DNA from: a virus
Lineage: Duplodnaviria > Heunggongvirae > Uroviricota > Caudoviricetes
DNA length: 64,000 bases
Strand: one strand, 5' to 3'
IMG/VR virus record: IMGVR_UViG_3300046500_000231
Location: 10,070 to 74,069 of that record
Numbering within the stretch: position 1 is the stretch's first letter; the number at the start of each line of letters is the position of its first letter. Position numbers and translations under genes: made by a program. Under the pieces are notes generated by a model. That model searched no databases and was not told the origin of the DNA. It worked only from the letters and a program-made list of their open reading frames with translations. Shown piece after piece: positions 62,809-64,000 of this stretch.

Positions 62809-64000
62809 TTAGCCGATCAGCAGACCGCGCAGCTCCTTCATCACGCGCGCCGGCAGTTCGCTCACGTCATTGAGGACCATGTGGCGCTTGTAGAAGCGGG
62901 TGACTTCGGTCGACTCGATGCCGATGCCAACGACGCGCACGCCCGCCTTCTCGATCTTCTCCACCGTGTCCTTCAGGTGGGTGCGCAGCACCGCGCCACC
63001 GGCGTAGGCTGCAGGCGCTCCGTCCGAGAGGACGATCATGATCTTGCCCGCCTCGCGTCGGCTCATCAGGCGTCGCGCGGCAATCTCAATGGACTCGCCA
63101 TCGACGTTGTTGTTGAGCGTCGCCACATTGGGCAGCCAGGCGAAGCGATTGCGCACTTCGGTCGAGCCCATGCGCTCGTTATACGACTTGAGGATCGGCA
63201 TGTAGAGGCTTTCGATGCGCGAGAACGACCTGCCCCCAAGCAGCTTCGACTCCTCCGCGAGCTTCTCCCGGTCGACGATTTCGCCAGTGGTGAAGCAGAT
63301 CACCTCGCACTTGATGCCCAGGCGATCGAGGACCGAGGCGAGCGCGTAGCCCGCTTTGGCCGCGGTGTGGATCTTCGAGCCCATCATCGAACCGGATTTG
63401 TCAATCACGAGCTCCACCGCAACGTCCTTGCTCGTCGATTCGTGCTTTTTACGGAATACGCGCGTGTCACCTACCGCCAAGCGTGAGAGATTGCCCGCGT
63501 GCAGCCGACCGCTGCGCCGGCCGTTCTCCCACACCGACAGTGAGCGGGCGGAAATGGCGCGCTCCAGATCCTTTTGCAGCGGACCCACCATGTGGTCGAC
63601 GTCATCGGCCATGCGCTTGGTCATTTCGGGCTTGAAGCCCGAGCCCACGTGCAGTGGCTCGATGCGATCGTGGTCTTTGGTGTAGACGAGGTAGTCGGAG
63701 TGCTTGGCGGTTTCGACCGCTTCGTTGGTAATGATGCGGCTCATGGCATCGTCGAACCCGTTGGCTGTCTCCTTGTCGAGCGCTTCGGCAAATCCGTCCG
63801 AGCTGCCATCGGTCGAGTCCTCGCCGTCGTCACCGTCATCGGATTCGCCAGCACCGCCCTCGCCTTCTTCGTCGGTCTCCTCGCCTTCGTCGCCTTCTTC
63901 GCCCTCCTCGCCTTCTTCGCCCTCCTCGCCCTTGCCTTCGTCCTCCTCTTCGGACTTTTCGCTGCTCGACTTGCCGGCGCCGGACGTGCCTTCCTCATCC
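62809..64000 (-). CDS. CobT-like VWA-domain protein (partial, N-terminus beyond window)
   Basis: MIDAS DKSGSM. In-frame acidic Asp/Glu-rich region continues to the window edge without a stop. Confidence 0.6.
   Translation of the reverse strand, partial: DEEGTSGAGKSSSEKSEEEDEGKGEEGEEGEEGEEGDEGEETDEEGEGGAGESDDGDDGEDSTDGSSDGFAEALDKETANGFDDAMSRIITNEAVETAKHSDYLVYTKDHDRIEPLHVGSGFKPEMTKRMADDVDHMVGPLQKDLERAISARSLSVWENGRRSGRLHAGNLSRLAVGDTRVFRKKHESTSKDVAVELVIDKSGSMMGSKIHTAAKAGYALASVLDRLGIKCEVICFTTGEIVDREKLAEESKLLGGRSFSRIESLYMPILKSYNERMGSTEVRNRFAWLPNVATLNNNVDGESIEIAARRLMSRREAGKIMIVLSDGAPAAYAGGAVLRTHLKDTVEKIEKAGVRVVGIGIESTEVTRFYKRHMVLNDVSELPARVMKELRGLLIG

Noticed and set aside
63741-63998. 85-aa minus-strand Arg/Lys-rich ORF at the window end
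   Set aside because: Out of frame with the continuous acidic reading frame that flows into the VWA protein (MSRIITN). Composition looks like a frame-shifted artefact of the GAA/GAG-rich tract.
1-64000. CRISPR array or integrase/transposase genes
   Set aside because: No regularly spaced direct repeats with unique spacers were found. No tyrosine/serine recombinase or DDE transposase motifs were recognisable in any frame, so the tRNA-like element cannot be tied to an integration module within this window.

Overview
This 64-kb window reads as one contiguous segment of a high-GC (~62-65%) tailed dsDNA phage or prophage genome. Almost all genes are on the minus strand, tightly packed, and very often translationally coupled (ATGA/GTGA stop-start overlaps). 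In transcription order (64000 to 1) the modules are: a CobS/CobT-like AAA+/VWA pair, a phage sigma-70-family factor, a DnaE-type replicase, a 5'-3' exonuclease, a RecA/UvsX-like recombinase, SbcCD, a RuvC-like resolvase, class I RNR (NrdA/NrdB), ThyX, nucleotide-metabolism accessory genes, a long run of small early/accessory genes, two ParB-like nuclease-domain proteins, a DUF2829 (Tad2-like) protein, an ABC-type ATPase with an HExxH protein, a thioredoxin, HNH-type nucleases, a holin-like protein and finally terminase small and large subunits (the large subunit runs off the window start). Things the gene list does not explain, each detailed in the findings: (1) a near-palindromic 18-bp motif TAGTCAGTTTTGACTGTT with at least 28 copies, almost all intergenic and often just 5' of genes, in the same window as a phage-encoded sigma factor; (2) a ~1.8-kb low-GC island bounded by 14-bp inverted repeats that carries two perfect canonical parS sites (TGTTTCACGTGAAACA) plus many ACGTG boxes; (3) a plus-strand island (SF2 helicase, small membrane protein, SLOG/DUF2493) embedded in the minus-strand genome; (4) a tRNA-like T-arm element flanked by 17-bp inverted repeats; (5) three non-coding loci sharing repeat families; (6) three tandem paralogues ending in GYGEVW, with a Shine-Dalgarno sequence embedded in the conserved C-terminus; (7) several short coding ORFs below the ORF-track cutoff. 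Many plus-strand ORFs in the supplied track are antisense artefacts of the GC-rich minus-strand genes.
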